From the human T2T-CHM13v2.0 reference genome, Homo sapiens, in assembly GCF_009914755.1 (NCBI RefSeq), contig NC_060926.1: 64,000 nucleotides of DNA; one strand, given 5' to 3'. The position numbers were made by a program, and so were the translations under genes. The notes below the pieces were generated by a model. That model was not told where the DNA came from, did no database searches, and saw only the letters and a list, made by a program, of their open reading frames with translations. Positions 29,429-46,490 of the stretch are shown in pieces. How positions within the stretch are numbered: position 1 is the first letter of the stretch; each line of letters begins with the position of its first letter.

Positions 29429-31839
29429 TGATGGAGATTCCGAATTGATGATCCTGGGATAGGATGCCAATGGATCAGCTGAGTGTAAAATCTGGAAGGC
29501 AGGATTAGAAGCACTGGGTTTGGAGCCTAGGTAGGAAAGCCATGGTTCATCATACACAGGCCTCCAGCAAAGACCTAGATACAGAGAAGGTGAGGGGCAG
29601 AGTCTGAAAAACACCAGGTCAGATCTATGCAGGTTTCAAGTCTGTGCAAAATCTCACATGTTCAATGTCCAGGGATTAAAAAGGCCAATACCAAATCCTA
29701 CACTGCTGTTCCTGTGTCTCCTTATCCAGGAACCACAAAGCTTGGGGATCTCAGAAGCTGGGGGTCTCTGTGGTATTTGGCAGAGGTATTATTGGGTTCC
29801 CTCATTGTGTGGATGACCCCTTGACTTTAGAGACCCCCCACATGTGTTCACTGACATAATAATAAAGGACAATAGGGTTCTTCTCTAGAAAAGGATCAAG
29901 ATCCCTGAATGCTTCCAATTTTCCAATGTCTCACAAAATTTTCTCATTCTTTGCCCAAACGATAAATTCTAACCCCTAGTTTTTCCTCATTCCTCTTTGG
30001 TTCTCACACTTCCCCTCTCTTCCTGTCACACTGGACTTCACCATTTATTTGCATTGCACCACATGTGCCTTTGCCAACCCTAGTAACTAAATAAAATAAA
30101 TCTTTTTTTATTTCATTGCCTTGTCCTTTATTATTGCTTTGCCTTTGTTATTACTACACCATCAGGAAACTTGGATATGATACATTGGCTGTCAGCATCC
30201 AAAAGTAATAAAATGTTTTCCCAAATCTCTTTCCAGCAGTCCATCACCAACAATCTCTTCCTACCTTGAAACGTTTTGTTTTATTGCTCCCCCTTGTATT
30301 CTGCCCATAGGCCAATCCATGTTCTGCTGGTGCCAGTTTTCCTCCTGCCGCTCAGACCCGACCTTACAGGCAGGCCATTTTCATCTCAGGCTCTGATACG
30401 TGACAGTCTCAAGGTTATTGCTTTACTGAATTCCTATCTGCTCTTGGGCAGAGACCCTCCATGAGCTGTAATATTTTGCTTGCAATTTCCCAGGGTACCC
30501 ACCAGCCTTTATCTCGATGGCTGAGCCCAGGCAATAACTACTCTATCTCCTTTATCTAGATCCAAAGCTGTCTGTCTTACATAGTAAACACTCCTGTGCA
30601 TGCTATCTGAGTCTTCCATCTCTTCATCATTTGCAGAATTGCTTTTATTTATGTGCTGCGTCCTATCTCACGTTCAGTTTCTCTCTGATAGGATTTTTAG
30701 GGTTTATGTGTGTGTGTGTTTCAAAGTCTGATGAATCAGGAAAGACCTAGTTATTTACTTCTCAACAGAGAAGATAAGAAATGATGACGAAATTCCATAG
30801 CTCACTCTCACCCTCCTCTCTAATTTGATTTTCAGAAGCAATGTGTGATGCTTTTGTTCTTTACCCCTGAAATATGCAACAGTTCCAACTTGCCTTTTGG
30901 TGTGTAGTCCTTTCAATCTGAAGACACCTCTTGGGTCTCAAGAGCTAAGTACCAGACAGTATTTGTGGAGTAATCGTATTACTTCAGAACCCAAAGTTCC
31001 CATTCTATCTTCCTGTTGTCCCCTTAGGGGTGTTTTGACGCAGATCAAAATTGAAGTAATGTAAAATTTTGACAGCCCCGAAATACTCTCTCTTTTTCCT
31101 GAATCTCTGCGTGCTGGGCCTTAGGCTGCACTTCCTGTTCACCAGTAACCTTAAGGAACAACATTGTGCTGTCTAATTCAAATTTACTTTTTATACATTG
31201 AGAATTTACATTCTCAATATGAAAAGTTTCTGTTTCTGAGACTCCCCAGAAGTCATTTTCCTCTTAGTTTCAGCCTCCCTGTCTTGTTTGGAGGGGTGAC
31301 CATGGAGCACGAGGGGTGATTCATGGAGTTAAAGTCAAACTAGGAAGTGATTTTCAGGTTCAGATGTGACAAACCTCAGGGATAGTGTGAACCATAGACG
31401 TTCACATAGACATCATTAGCGAGGAAAGAGCATTGCTCTACAGCTTCTTTTCTTTTTTTTCTTTTTCCTAAAATCAAAAATAATGTTGTCTCTGAAGTAC
31501 AAAAAAAAAAAAAAAAGGAGAAAAAAAGAAAAAGAAAAAGAAACCAGCTTCCCACATTTCAGGTCCCATGCCCAGGCCAAGGGGCCACCCCTACAGGCAA
31601 TGCCAGTCCAGGGACTGAGCTACAGGTTCACTTGAAGCTGTTTTGTTTTGTTTTGTTTTTTCTCTCAATTCCATGAACTTCTCTCCCACTGGTTATCTCA
31701 TTTAGTAAAAGCTGGAGCTAGCTGGAGGGACAGGTATAATTGGTGGGATTTTGTTCAAATAAAGCTTAGCTTTGAGGGTTTAGATGAAGGCAATTTACAG
31801 AGTCTGGTCTTAAAACTATAAAAGCAATATAAAGTAAGT

Positions 31840-32010
31840 CTGGCTGCACCATTTACTAGCTATGTGTTCTGAAGCAACGCCGTTAACCTCTCCGATTCTC
31901 AGTTTCCTCATCTGTGACATAGAACTAATAATAGTATTAACTTGGTAGAATTTTGTAAGATTTAAACTAAATATTCCACAGTTCTTGGCACATGGCAAAT
32001 TCTTAGAAAA
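31840..32010 (+). mobile_element. MIR
   Basis: CCATTTACTAGCTATGTG...TTAACCTCTCCGATTCTCAGTTTCCTCATCTGT. Confidence 0.8.
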
Positions 32011-32088
32011 TACTATCTATTGATATAACTATGTTATAAAAATATTAGAAAATAAGAGAAAAGCAATTCTGTAACTGAGTATTTCAGC

Positions 32089-32230
32089 TTTTGTTTTGTT
32101 TTGTTTTTTAAATAGAGACAAGGTCTCACTATGTTGCCCAGGCTGGTCTTGAACTCTTGGGCTAAAGTGATCCTCCCACCTCAGCCTCCCAAAGTGCTGG
32201 GATTACAGGAGTGAGCCACCATGCTTGGCC
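32089..32230 (-). mobile_element. Alu left monomer (FLAM-like)
   Basis: Antisense monomer; TSD TATTTCAG. Confidence 0.88.
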
Positions 32231-32254
32231 ATATTTCAGGTTTGATTTTCCATG

Positions 32255-33490
<1,236 letters not shown>

Positions 33491-34017
33491 TCATTTACCT
33501 CCTGATCTATGATTCCAGAATTCATTGAATTTCCCACCCACTGCTGCCTAAAAACTTCTGCCACCATGTTCTTCCCCGAACCTCTTGGACGCTAAGGCTT
33601 ACCCAGTCCAGAAAAGTCTAGAGCTAGATATGGCCTTTCAACAGGGAAACATCTTGTCTTGGATACAATCCAATGTCACAGTTCTTCAGCTTTCCTTTGT
33701 CCTTCTGGATATCGGCTTTTCTTGGAGAGTACAAGCTTGCTGTGTTTTAGAATTTCCCTTGTGTGATGTCTGATTTTGTCTTACGATGCGATTTAAATTA
33801 TGCATTTTAGGCAAGACTACTTCAACTGTAATGTAGTATCTTTTTGAATGCATCACATCAGGCAGCATCTGATATCATTAACACTGATATCATTAACCAA
33901 TAATTAATATTTTTGGTTATGTTAATTTTGACCCCTTGGTTGAATAATAATATATATAGTCATAAAATATAACAATATAATATAAATATAATCATGTAAC
34001 AATATAAGGGCAGAATG

Positions 34018-34340
<323 letters not shown>

Positions 34341-35150
34341 GTATATGATTTGATACATTTGGTCGTAGGTACACCCACAAAACCATCACCACAATCAAAA
34401 ACATGAACATATCTATCACCTCTAGAAGTTTTCTCATCCCTTAGCCACCCCCTCCTCTGACTTCTTTCCTGCCACCATTCCCAGGCAACCCCTGATCTGT
34501 TCTTTGTCACTATTGGTTAGCTTGCATTTTTAAGAGTTTTATGTAATGGAATCACATGGTATGTACTCTTTTCACCTGGCTTATTTCACTCAACATAATG
34601 ACTTTGAGATTCATCCAGGTTGTTGCATATATCAATAGTTCATTCCTTTATATCATTAAGTAGTTGAATAGTAGCCCACTGTATGGATATATTAGGTTGG
34701 TGCAAAAGTCATCGCGGTTTTTGCCATTACTTTCAATGGCAAAAACCGCGATGACTTTTGCACCAACCTAATACTACAGTTTGTATATCCATTCAGCTTT
34801 AATGGGCATTTAGGTTGTTTCCAGTTTTGAGCTATTACAAATAAAGCTGTTATGAATATTCCTGCACAAGTCTTTGTATGGACATCTGCTTTCTTTTCTA
34901 GTGAGTAAATACCTAGTAGTGGAGTAGCTGAATCATACACTACCATATGATAAGTGCATGTTTACCTTTTTAAGAAACTGCCAAGCTGTTTTCCAAATTA
35001 GCTCTATCATTTTGTATTTCCACTAGCAGTGTGAGAGTTCCAGTTCCTCTGTATCTTTGCCAACATTCGGTATGGTCAGGTTTTTAAATTTTGGCTATTC
35101 TAATGTGGTTTTAGTTTGCATTTCTCTAGTGCTAGTATCTTTTCGTGTGC
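34341..35150 (-). mobile_element. L1ME/L1MB-like 3' end (host of the MADE1)
   Basis: AATGGAATCACATGGTATGTACTCTTT...TTGAGATTCATCC...GGTTGTTTCCAGTTTTGAGCTATTACAAATAAAGCTG. Confidence 0.8.
34692..34771. mobile_element. MADE1 MITE (Hsmar1/mariner-derived, 80 bp)
   Basis: TTAGGTTGGTGCAAAAG... 37-bp inverted arms with a 6-nt spacer (ACTTTC), flanked by TA duplications at 34690-34691 and 34772-34773. Confidence 0.97.
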
Positions 35151-35221
35151 TTATTCATTGTTCTTTTTTTTTCTAGCACAAAATCTTTATTTCTTTCTTA
35201 ATCTTCTTCCTTTCTTTCATC

Positions 35222-35227
35222 CTTTTT

Positions 35228-35280
<53 letters not shown>

Positions 35281-35444
35281 TTTCTGACAGGGTATCAAAT
35301 TACCCAGCTGATTTTTTATTTTTTTGTAGAGATGGGGTCGCATTATGTTGCCCAGGCTGGTCTCGAACTCCCGGGCTCAAGTGGTCCTCCCACCTCAGCC
35401 TCCAAAAGTACTGGGATTACAGGTGCAAGACACCACTCCTGGCC
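35222..35444 (-). mobile_element. Alu with (TTTC)n tail and most of the right arm deleted
   Basis: (TTTC)n, then GACAGGGTATC jumps directly to CCCAGCTGATTTTT and the left monomer. Confidence 0.8.
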
Positions 35445-37519
35445 AAACTGTACACTTTAAATACATGCAGTTTATTCTATGTCCCTTATACCTCAATAAA
35501 GCTGTTTATATATTTTTTAAAATCCTCATCTACATAAAAAGGACACATTTTAAAGTTTAAAATTGAGGGGTCAGGAAATAACAATATAAGCATGATTTTT
35601 AGAAATATGAAGCTAAGCACCAGAACTGCCAAAAAAAAAAAAAAAGAAAATGTTTAGGAGTAGTCACCTTTGGTAGCCAGAACTGGGGCAAGACAGTTAG
35701 GGAGTGGGTGGGGAGCAGAGACAAGAGACTAATGTTTTTCATTATGGACCTTTTGGATGTGTTTGATTTTTAAACAATGTGCAGGTACTACTTGCTTTCC
35801 ATAAATAAAAGAAAAGAACATTTTAAATAAGAAATATCTAATTAGATAGGTAATTGAAAATCACTGTGGGTGGTATTTTGGTTAATGGATAGTGAAGAAA
35901 GGCATCAAGAAACAAGGGGGCCCAGTTCAGAGAGTTCTGCAATAATTTTGGTGGGAAGTATGAACCTAGAAGGGATCTGAATGTAATCTCTCCTTGTGTG
36001 ACATGTGATGCATGTGACACCCACTCACTCTCTCTCAGTCCGAATCCCAGCTCTCTCCCTGCAAGCCCCTACCTCCTCCCCTCAGCAGCCATCAAGCTTC
36101 CCATTCTGAGGCACAGCATCTGCAAGAATCTCGAGGTGGCCTGTGGTGTGGGCACGTGGGCACTTGGCCAAGGAGCATTGTAAGATTGGGGGACAAGGCC
36201 CCAGTGGAGGGCTGGGGGCTCCTGGGGTGCTGTTAGCTAGTTCCATCACTGCCAGAACACTAGCCTAGGTTTCTTCTTTACACAACCATATATTACAGGC
36301 TTACTACCTTATCTGCTTCAGGGAGGGCCAATGCCTGGACTCTCATTTCTGACCCCAGTGACAGAAGCCGGTGCCTTCTGGTCATTTTCACAGAATTGTT
36401 GCCCAGTTACCCATAGTCTGTTCATCAAATTCTTCCCTTCCTTTGAATGCCTGCATTCCTTTCTTGCCTGTTGACATTGGCTATAGCAATGGAATTTTCC
36501 AGTTTCGTAGAAACAATAGCAGTTTTAAGGATATGGCTGCTCCGTAATCTGCTTCTTTCTGTTACAGCCTGAGTCCCGGAGCTCTTGATGAAACAAATAT
36601 TTTATAACATGTAGTGTTTGTCGCTGAGTAGACACCACTGGTCAAAGCACCCATTACCAGGCACCAGTTAGCTAGAAAAGCCCTGCACACCTGATTGATT
36701 TGTCCTGTTCTAATTTATGTTGCTCAGTTTGTAGTAAATAAGTGTAAGCAACTCATGGCAGTAGAAGTGGACACATGGGGCTCGAGGTAAATAATAGGGC
36801 AAGATGACTCTTCAAGGCAGTGAAACATTATTAAGTGAAAAAGCAGGTTACAAATCGCTAAGTACAGGATGACCCAATTTTTCTAAATATGTATGTATAA
36901 ATGTGTGCATGTGTGGTGGATACACAAAATTAAGAACATTAAGCAGTGATTCTCTTAGATTGAGGGATTTGTGAAAGATTTGTACTTTCTTAATGTTTGC
37001 ATGCCTGGTTTTTCCAAATTTTTTCAAACATGTGTTACTTTGCAATAATAAGAAAAACAAGTTATTTAAAAACATAAATGAAAACAGCAAGATCCTGGGC
37101 AAACACCATGTGTTTTGTCTGAATTCCACATACCCCTTCATGAAGAGCCAAGACTGGTCTGACTAGTGGGGGACCCAAATTGCTGGGGGCAGGAGAGTGG
37201 GAGCTTCTCACAGGTGGCAGTAGGGGACACCCAAACTGAGGAGTCAGCAGAAACCACTCCAAAGTCGTCAGATGGGTGGTCCAGAAAGTTGCCACAACAG
37301 AAAAGACAGAGGCAAGTATTAAAGCTGCACTCAGAGTTAGAAATCCAAGGACACTCATTCATGCGTCCACTGATGATCGCCTACTCTGAGCCAGCACTGT
37401 GCTGAGAAACAGGGAGATGGCAACAAGGCAGCCGGGGAGGGGCCCTAGTGGGACCTGAGGTGCAAGGTTGGTTGGCAGGGATTGGGACATTGGTCAGTCA
37501 CCATGGCTTCATGATCCCT

Positions 37520-38470
37520 GTCTTGGTTCATCAGGGCTGCTACAATAGAATACCATAAACCAGGCCAGGTGTGGTGGCCCATGCCTGTAATCTCAGCATT
37601 TTCGGAGGCCAAGGTGGGGGCATCACTTGAGCCCAGGAGTTGGAGACCAGCCTGGGCAACATGGTGAAATCCTCATCTCTACAAAAAACATAAAAAATAG
37701 CCAGGGGTGGTGGCAGCTCCTGTGGTCCCAGCTACTTGGGAGGCTGAGGCTGGAGGACTGTTTGAGCACAGGACAGGGAGGTTGCTGTGAGGTGAGATTG
37801 TACCACTGTACTGCAGTCTGGGTAACAAAGCAAGATCCCATCTCAAAAAAAGTTTTTAAAGCCCAGGCGTGGTGACTCACACCTGTAATCCCAGCACTTT
37901 GGGAGGCCAAGGCAGGCAGATCACCTGAGGTCAGGAGTTCGAGACCAGCCTGGCCAGCATGGCAAAACCCTCTCTCTAATAAAAATACAAAAAATTAGCC
38001 AGGCGTGGTGGCGAGTGCCTGTAATCCTAAATACTCAGGAGGCTGAGGCAGGAGAATGGCTTGAACTTGGGAGGCAGACTTGCAGTGAGCCGAGATCATG
38101 CCATTGCACTCTAGCCTGGGCAACAGAGCAAGATTCCGTGTCAAAAAAAAAAAAATTAATAAAAAAGAAAGAAAAACAAAAAAGAATATCATAAACTGGG
38201 TGGCTTACAGACAGCAAAAATGTATTGCTCATAGTTCTAGTGGCTGAGAAGTCCAAGATCAAGGTGTTGGCAGATTCTGTGTCTGATGACAACCTGCTTC
38301 CTGGTTCATAGATGATGCCTTCTGCTGTGTCCTCATATGATGGAAGAGGAGAGGGAGCTCTTCTTTATAAGGGCATTAATATCCCCCAGAATCTCCACCT
38401 CCAAATACCATCACATTGGGGATTAGGCTACCACATATGAATTTGGTGGCGGGCACAAATATCCTATAGC
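37520..38470. mobile_element. MaLR LTR (MST/MLT1A-like) interrupted by two head-to-tail Alus (AluJ ~37563-37850, AluS ~37861-38183)
   Basis: TGTCTTGGTTCATCAGGGCTGCTACAA..., resuming at CTGGGTGGCTTA...AAGTCCAAGATCAAGGTG; TSD AGAATACCATAAAC / AGAATATCATAAAC. Confidence 0.85.
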
Positions 38471-38989
38471 AATCCCCAAAAACAGTAATCACACTGGGCT
38501 TGAACTAGGGGAAAACGAACCACATGGCTGCAGTGTGGAGTCTGCTTCCCACTTCAACCCTACAGTCAATTTCTGCATTAATTCACATTTCCAGGTTTTA
38601 TTTAAAAAAACAGTAGGCTAGGATGGCTGTTATGATTTATTTTTAACAATTTCTCAATATAATGTACACATATGCAAAGCACTTTGACATGCACTATCTT
38701 CACATAAAGCAGATATTATTATCCCCTTTTCATAAGAGAGTAAATTGAGGCTCAGAGAAAATAATTGCTGGTACAGTATTCACACAGTGATTCGGCCAGG
38801 GATGGGAATATGGTTTTCTGGCCTTTAGACCAACACTCTTTCCACTATATTATCTCACAGTTATCTGTTCATTCATCCATTGATTCATCCAACATCAGTC
38901 CTACTTAGAGCCTGTCAGGGTTATTGCAGGTGTGTCCAGAAACTCAGAGGTGGGCCCCAATAATTACACTCCAGTATCCGACCTAAATC

Positions 38990-39148
38990 AATAATTCTCC
39001 ATTTTGAATGCACTTACAATTGCCTGGGGATCTTTTAAAAATTACCACTGCCCAGGCCCCATCCTAAACCGAATATAATTATGATCTCTGCTGTTTTGAA
39101 AGCTCCCCGGCTGATTCTAATGCATAGCTAAAGTTTAGAAGCATGGTT
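38990..39148. mobile_element. MER5A-like hAT MITE
   Basis: CTGCCCAGGCCCCATCCTAAACC...AAGCTCCCCGGCTGATTCTAATGCATAGCTAAAGTTTAGAAGCA. Confidence 0.7.
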
Positions 39149-41311
39149 CTTGAGACTAAGCACAAAGTGTGACAATTTCAGCGACTCTCTGAACCAACTT
39201 ATTCTAGTGGAACTGTTCTGAATGATAGTCTTGAACTCTTGAGCTCAGAAGTTCCTCTTGTCATCAGATGCTTGCTGAGGGGTGGAGATTGAGTGTCACA
39301 GACATTGACTTTGTATTATAATAGGATGGTCCAGAATGGTGAGAGTTCTGGGCAGCAGCCAGAGGCCCCAAACTGTGCCTGGATATCATACTGGAGATAA
39401 TCTGAGCTCTGTATAAGGGATTTGCTTAGCTTTCCATAGTTGTTTCTATTTTCTGAGTTTTTATATGTAAATGGGGGTATAGGAGCAGAAAAGAGAACTG
39501 AGAAGAATTAGACAGGGCTTAAAGAGGATCTCATCCAAGCTACAACTAGCTAGGAAATTGAATCTCAGAGAGGGGAAATAACTTGAAACAATTAGTGAAC
39601 AATGCTAAACAGGACATGATTCAGTGCCAAAATGTGGCTGTAGGCCACAACTGCCTACTCGCTCAGTGCTTTTGAGGACTAATTGTTCTCCATGGGTCAA
39701 AGTGCATAAGCACTTTCTTTCTAGGTTGATTGACATTCACATTTTCATCTCCCCTGAGGCATTTAACTGGAGCAAATTCATAAGCCAAATTAGATAAAGA
39801 TGGACAGAAGGAAGAAGTAAAAAGAAGGCAACTCTCATTTGCTAAGCATCTACTACATGTACTAGCACCTCATCACAGCTCCACAAGGCAGGAACTATTT
39901 ATTTTTCTCATTTTGCAAATGAGAAAACTGAGGCTCAGGGAAGTCAAACTACTTTGCCTCAAATATAGAGTTGGTACGTGGCAGTGGAACTGGATTGCAT
40001 CTAGCTGTCTTTGCTATGCTTAGCATTTATGAAACTGTGACTATAAATCTTAAATTCACTTCTTACTGGTAGTTTGCCTACAGGATGATGAACTGGATGG
40101 TGTTTTTAGTGCCAAACCGAGGATTGAGACATCTACTATTCTCCCACCTCTTGTTTACTTATTATTTATTTTTATTTTTTGCTTGAGTTATTTATTCCTA
40201 TTTCCCTAAGTCGATTGATGTGACCAACATAAGCTGATGTGATCATGAAACATGCATGACTTTGGTGGAAGAAACGAATACAGAGGTCAAGAAACAGGAA
40301 GTAAATCCAAAGTGAACTTGAATCAGGGCCTAGGGCAGCCCCATCCAAGATAGGGAAGAAATGGTATATAGTAACCTGTGAAGAATTCCAGAGGAAACTG
40401 GAAATGAGGACTCTTTTTTCAAGCTATTTTCAATTTATCCAGGAATAGAAGATACTGTTTTCTAAACACATGAACACATTGATGACGAAGCATAAAAACA
40501 CATAAATGACATTGTCTTCTTTTGAGGAAATCCTGGAAACAGACAGGTTTCTTGACCAGCCAGGAGTACTGTTCTGTTTCATTTCACCACTATGACCCAA
40601 GCATGGCATATCAGTCAAAAGAGCTTTGTGACCTTGGATACAGCAATCATTTTTCATATCATTGTTTCTAACCATGGGGCAGCTTCCACATGCTTGCCTC
40701 CCCCTATTTGTTCCTGGAAACTGTCTCTCATCACGAGGCACCAAAATGAACCAGCCTAGATTTCTGAGAATAAAGCATGTATATCTGATCCTGGGTGTTG
40801 CTTTGCATTTTATAGCCTGGGACATTTATAGCTGAGAATACCTGAAGGCAAGGCCTATTTACTACTCTGTTGGCTTCATGTGGTATTTTTCTTGGATGCC
40901 TTTCTCTCTTTTATGAAGAAAGTAATAATTTTCAGTTTCTGTAAAACAGAATATGCTCCAGGATACTTAGAAACTGGCTAGTCGGTAGGCCTAAAAGGGT
41001 AAAGGGAAGGAAATGACCATATATTGGGCATCTAGTATGTACCCCCATTCCTAAGGAGCAAGTATTACCATCTCAATTATACAGAAGAGAGAATAAAGAA
41101 GTGAGGCACCATCAGAGGCATGGCCTTCGGCATGACATGGACTCATCAGAGTGTGCATTTTGGCTACACCACCATCTAGTTCTGAAGACTTAGTCAAGAT
41201 TTCTGAGCCTCAGTTTTTTTGTTTGTTTTTTTTGTTTTCTCATTTAGTTTAATCTTAACAGCTTTATTAAGGTATAATTGACATGCAGCACACTGCACAT
41301 ATTTAAAGGTC

Positions 41312-42018
<707 letters not shown>

Positions 42019-42184
42019 AGGTACAATTTAAGTTTTGACCTATGTGTACACCCATGAAACCATCATCCAGTCAAGATAATCCTAACCTTCTCCCCAAAAG
42101 TGTTCTACTGCTCCTTTGTAGCCCCTCCGTTTTCCTCCTCCCCACCCTGTTCCCCGGCAACCGCAGGACTGCTTTTGGTCCGTA

Positions 42185-43058
42185 TGTGGTACGCAGTAAT
42201 AATGGCCCCCAAAGATGTCCCTGTCCTAATCCTCTAAATCTGTAAATATGTTACCTTACATGGCAAAAGGGACTTTGCAGGTGAGATTTTCCTCGGTTAT
42301 TCTAGGCCCAACCTTATAAAGGAAAGAGAGAGGCAGGAGAGTCAGAATTAGTGCAGGCTCAGTGATGACGGAAGCAGAGTTTTCAGTGCGAGAAATGAAG
42401 ATGAGACACAGCTGACTTCAAAGGTGGAGGAAGGGGCCACAAGGCAAGGAACTCAGGTAGTCTCTAGAAGCTGAGAAAGGCAAGGAAATGGAATCACCCC
42501 TAGAATCTTCAGAAGCAATGCAGCCCTGCAGACACCTTGATTTTAGCCCCGTGGATCCCAGTGCGGGAGGCTGAAGAATAGCTCTCAAAAATATCCAGAT
42601 CCTAATTCCTGGAACCTATGAATGTTACCATATATGGCAAAAGGAACTGTGCAATTGTGATTAAATTAAGGATTTTGAGATGGGGAGATTATCCCGGATT
42701 ATCTGGTGGACCCTAAATGTAATCACAAATGTCCTTCTAAGAGAGAGGCAGAGAGAGATTTTACTATGGAAGAGGAGAAGGTGAAGTGATGTTGGGAACA
42801 CAGACTGGAGTGATGTGCTTTACAGATGGTGGAAAAGGCCACAAAACAAGTAGCACTGATACTAGAAGCTGAAAAAGGAAAGGAAATGGATTCTCCCTTT
42901 GAATCTCCAGAAGGGACGAATGCTGCCAACACCTTGACATTACTCAGTAAAACTGATTTTGGACTTTTGACCTCTAGACCTGGAAGATGATGAATTTCTG
43001 TTGTTTTGAGCCACTAAATTTATGGTAATTTGTTACAGTAGCAATAGGAAAATAATAC
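42185..43058 (+). mobile_element. Two adjacent MLT1(C/D-like) LTRs (~42185-42560 truncated; ~42562-43058 complete)
   Basis: Both contain ATGTTACC.TA.ATGGCAAAAGG.ACT.TGCA and CTAGAAGCTGA.AAAGG.AAGGAAATGGA.TC.CCC; the second ends GCAATAGGAAAATAATACA. Confidence 0.85.
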
Positions 43059-43507
43059 ACTGATCCTTGGTTTTACATCTGTAGAATGAGGATAATATAT
43101 TATTTCTGGGGTCATAGTAAAATTAAATAACTTAGTTTATAGCATATGGAGTTATTTTCCTACAGTGTCACTTATTTCTTTCTCCTCAACCCTGAAAGAA
43201 TGTGGTCTTTGGCATAACTTAAGTTATACTTCTAGAGGTGGTGAATATTAACAGGGAAAGATTTGTTTGTGCTGTAGAAGCTCTGGTTGGAAGACTGGGA
43301 TATATGGGCCCACTCTGGGGAAGGATCGTATTATACAACCAATTGTAGGCTAGGACCAAGATCTCCACAGAGCTGGTCCCTGGGTAGAGATGGCAAATGG
43401 TTAGAAAACCACCAAGAAAAAGAAGGGGTTTGTTTTTCAAAAGTTTTCTTGTTATTCAGGTATGGTGTGGCCAAGAGATGGGGAGATAACTTCCATTGAA
43501 AAGATAA

Positions 43508-43935
<428 letters not shown>

Positions 43936-44271
43936 CAAAAAGCAGGAGGAAATCATGGGAAAGTCTTTACTATGGTTTCTATGGGAAGGAATGGGCAAGG
44001 CAGGGTATGCAGGCTTAGGATAGGCTAGTTTTGATCTCAGCAGGCTCTGAGGTAGAGGAGCTATCCCAAGTTGTCTGGTGCATGGGCAGAGGAATATTGG
44101 CCTGGAGTGTAAGAACCAGTTAGAGAAGGTGGGGGTTTGTGTGTCTGGATTAGTTGGTTTGCCTATGAAAGGCACACTCCTGGGAGAGTTATTTGCTAAC
44201 CCTGGTATAGGTAGTTCTTCAAGGAGGTCTCAGATGACAAAGCATCAAGAACACAGAAAATAAAAAAATAC

Positions 44272-44580
<309 letters not shown>

Positions 44581-44733
44581 TCAATATAGGTTGCGGGATG
44601 GCCATCTCACAGTGATTATGTGGTCATCAGAGATAATTCAGTGGCGGTCGAAAATAGATGTTGAAGAGATTGGAATTGGGCCTTAAAGGTCGTTACTATT
44701 TAGAGAAACAATAGAGAAAAGGTAACAAACATT

Positions 44734-45036
44734 TCTTTTTTATTTTATTTTTTTGAGAGGGTGTCTTGCTCTGTTGCCCAGGCTGCAGTGCGGTGGCACG
44801 ATCTGAGATCACTGCAACCTCCACCTCCCAGATTCAAGCAAGTCTCCTGTCTCAGCCTTCTGAGTAGCTGGGATTCCGGGCATGCACCATTACAACCAGC
44901 TAAGTTTGGTATTTTTAGTAAAGACAGGGTTTCACCATGTTGGCCAGACTGGTCTCGAACTCCTGGCCTCAGGTGATATGCAGGTCTCAGCCTCCTAGAG
45001 TGTTGGGATTATAGGTGTGAGCCACTGCACCTGACC
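44734..45036 (-). mobile_element. AluS
   Basis: Antisense dimer. Confidence 0.88.
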
Positions 45037-45049
45037 CATTGTTTCTTGC

Positions 45050-45610
45050 CTTTGGAGATGACTGTGATGTCTGGAGTTGTTGACAACCATCTTGCGGCCA
45101 TGAGGCAATAAACATAAAAATGTAAGGCCAATATGCTAAGGAAGGCAGGGCAGAAGGAGAGAAAGAACCTGAGTTGGCTGGGTGCTGTGGTTCATGCCTG
45201 TAATCCCAAATACTCAGGAAGCGAGAGGATTGCTTGGGGCTGGGAGTTCAAGACCAGTCTGGGCAGCATAGCAATACCCTGTCTCTAAGAAATTAAAAAA
45301 GCTTAGCCAGGAGGATCCCTGGGGCCCAGGCTGCAGTGAGCTATGATGAAATCATGCCACTGTACTCTAGCCTGGTCTCAAAAACAAACAAACAACAACA
45401 ACAACAACAACAAAAACAAAAAGAAAAAAAAGAAATGAAAGAACCTGAGTCCTGGATGTCATTTTTAAGTTAGAGTTAATTCTGAGATTACCTATCTCTA
45501 CACTTTGAGTTAAGTAACAATAAATGTTCTTGTGGTTTAAGCCACTGTTAGTTGCACTGTTAGTTGAGTTTGTGATAACTTACAGAGGAAGGTGTTCCTT
45601 ACTGATACAG
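45050..45610 (+). mobile_element. Old MLT1-type LTR interrupted by an internally deleted AluJ (~45176-45430)
   Basis: CCATCTTGCGGCCATGAGG...GCTAAGGAAGGCAGGGCAGAAGGA...GTTTAAGCCACTGTTAGTT...CTTACTGATACA; TSD GAAAGAACCTGAGT. Confidence 0.65.
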
Positions 45611-46077
45611 AGGGTTTGTATTGAGTAGTAGCAATAGGATAAAATTGTTTTTTTCTATGTTGGATGAGTGACTCATCACCAGGGTTCTAAACATACTTTC
45701 TGGTAGTTGTATCTTTTTAGCCTAAGTGAAATTTTGGTCCATCAATATATCAGTTAGGTTTTCACAAGAAACAAGTGACACCCTTGGCACAGAGGGATGA
45801 TTAAAGAGAGTTGAAGGCTGACTACAAAGGTACAATCAGCGTTAAGGGAAATTAACAGAGGGCAATGAAGTACCCTGAGGCTAGACACAATAAGTTAGGC
45901 CATCACACACCCTGTGGGCCCTGCCTAAAGGGACAAGGCGGGGAGTGGGTCCCAGAATCCAGTGAGAGCTGGGCTCTAGACAAGGAGCTGTGGCCTTACG
46001 TGAAGTGTTGAAGCCACTGCCACCCTGCAGCCCCACAGGGAGGGAGCCAGGGGAATGCAGCCTTGAGCTGTTTCTCA

Positions 46078-46490
<413 letters not shown>

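Noticed and set aside
33869-33897. Micro-duplications (15 bp here; 12 bp at ~45543; 19 bp at ~57415)
   Set aside because: Ordinary slippage events with no functional indication.
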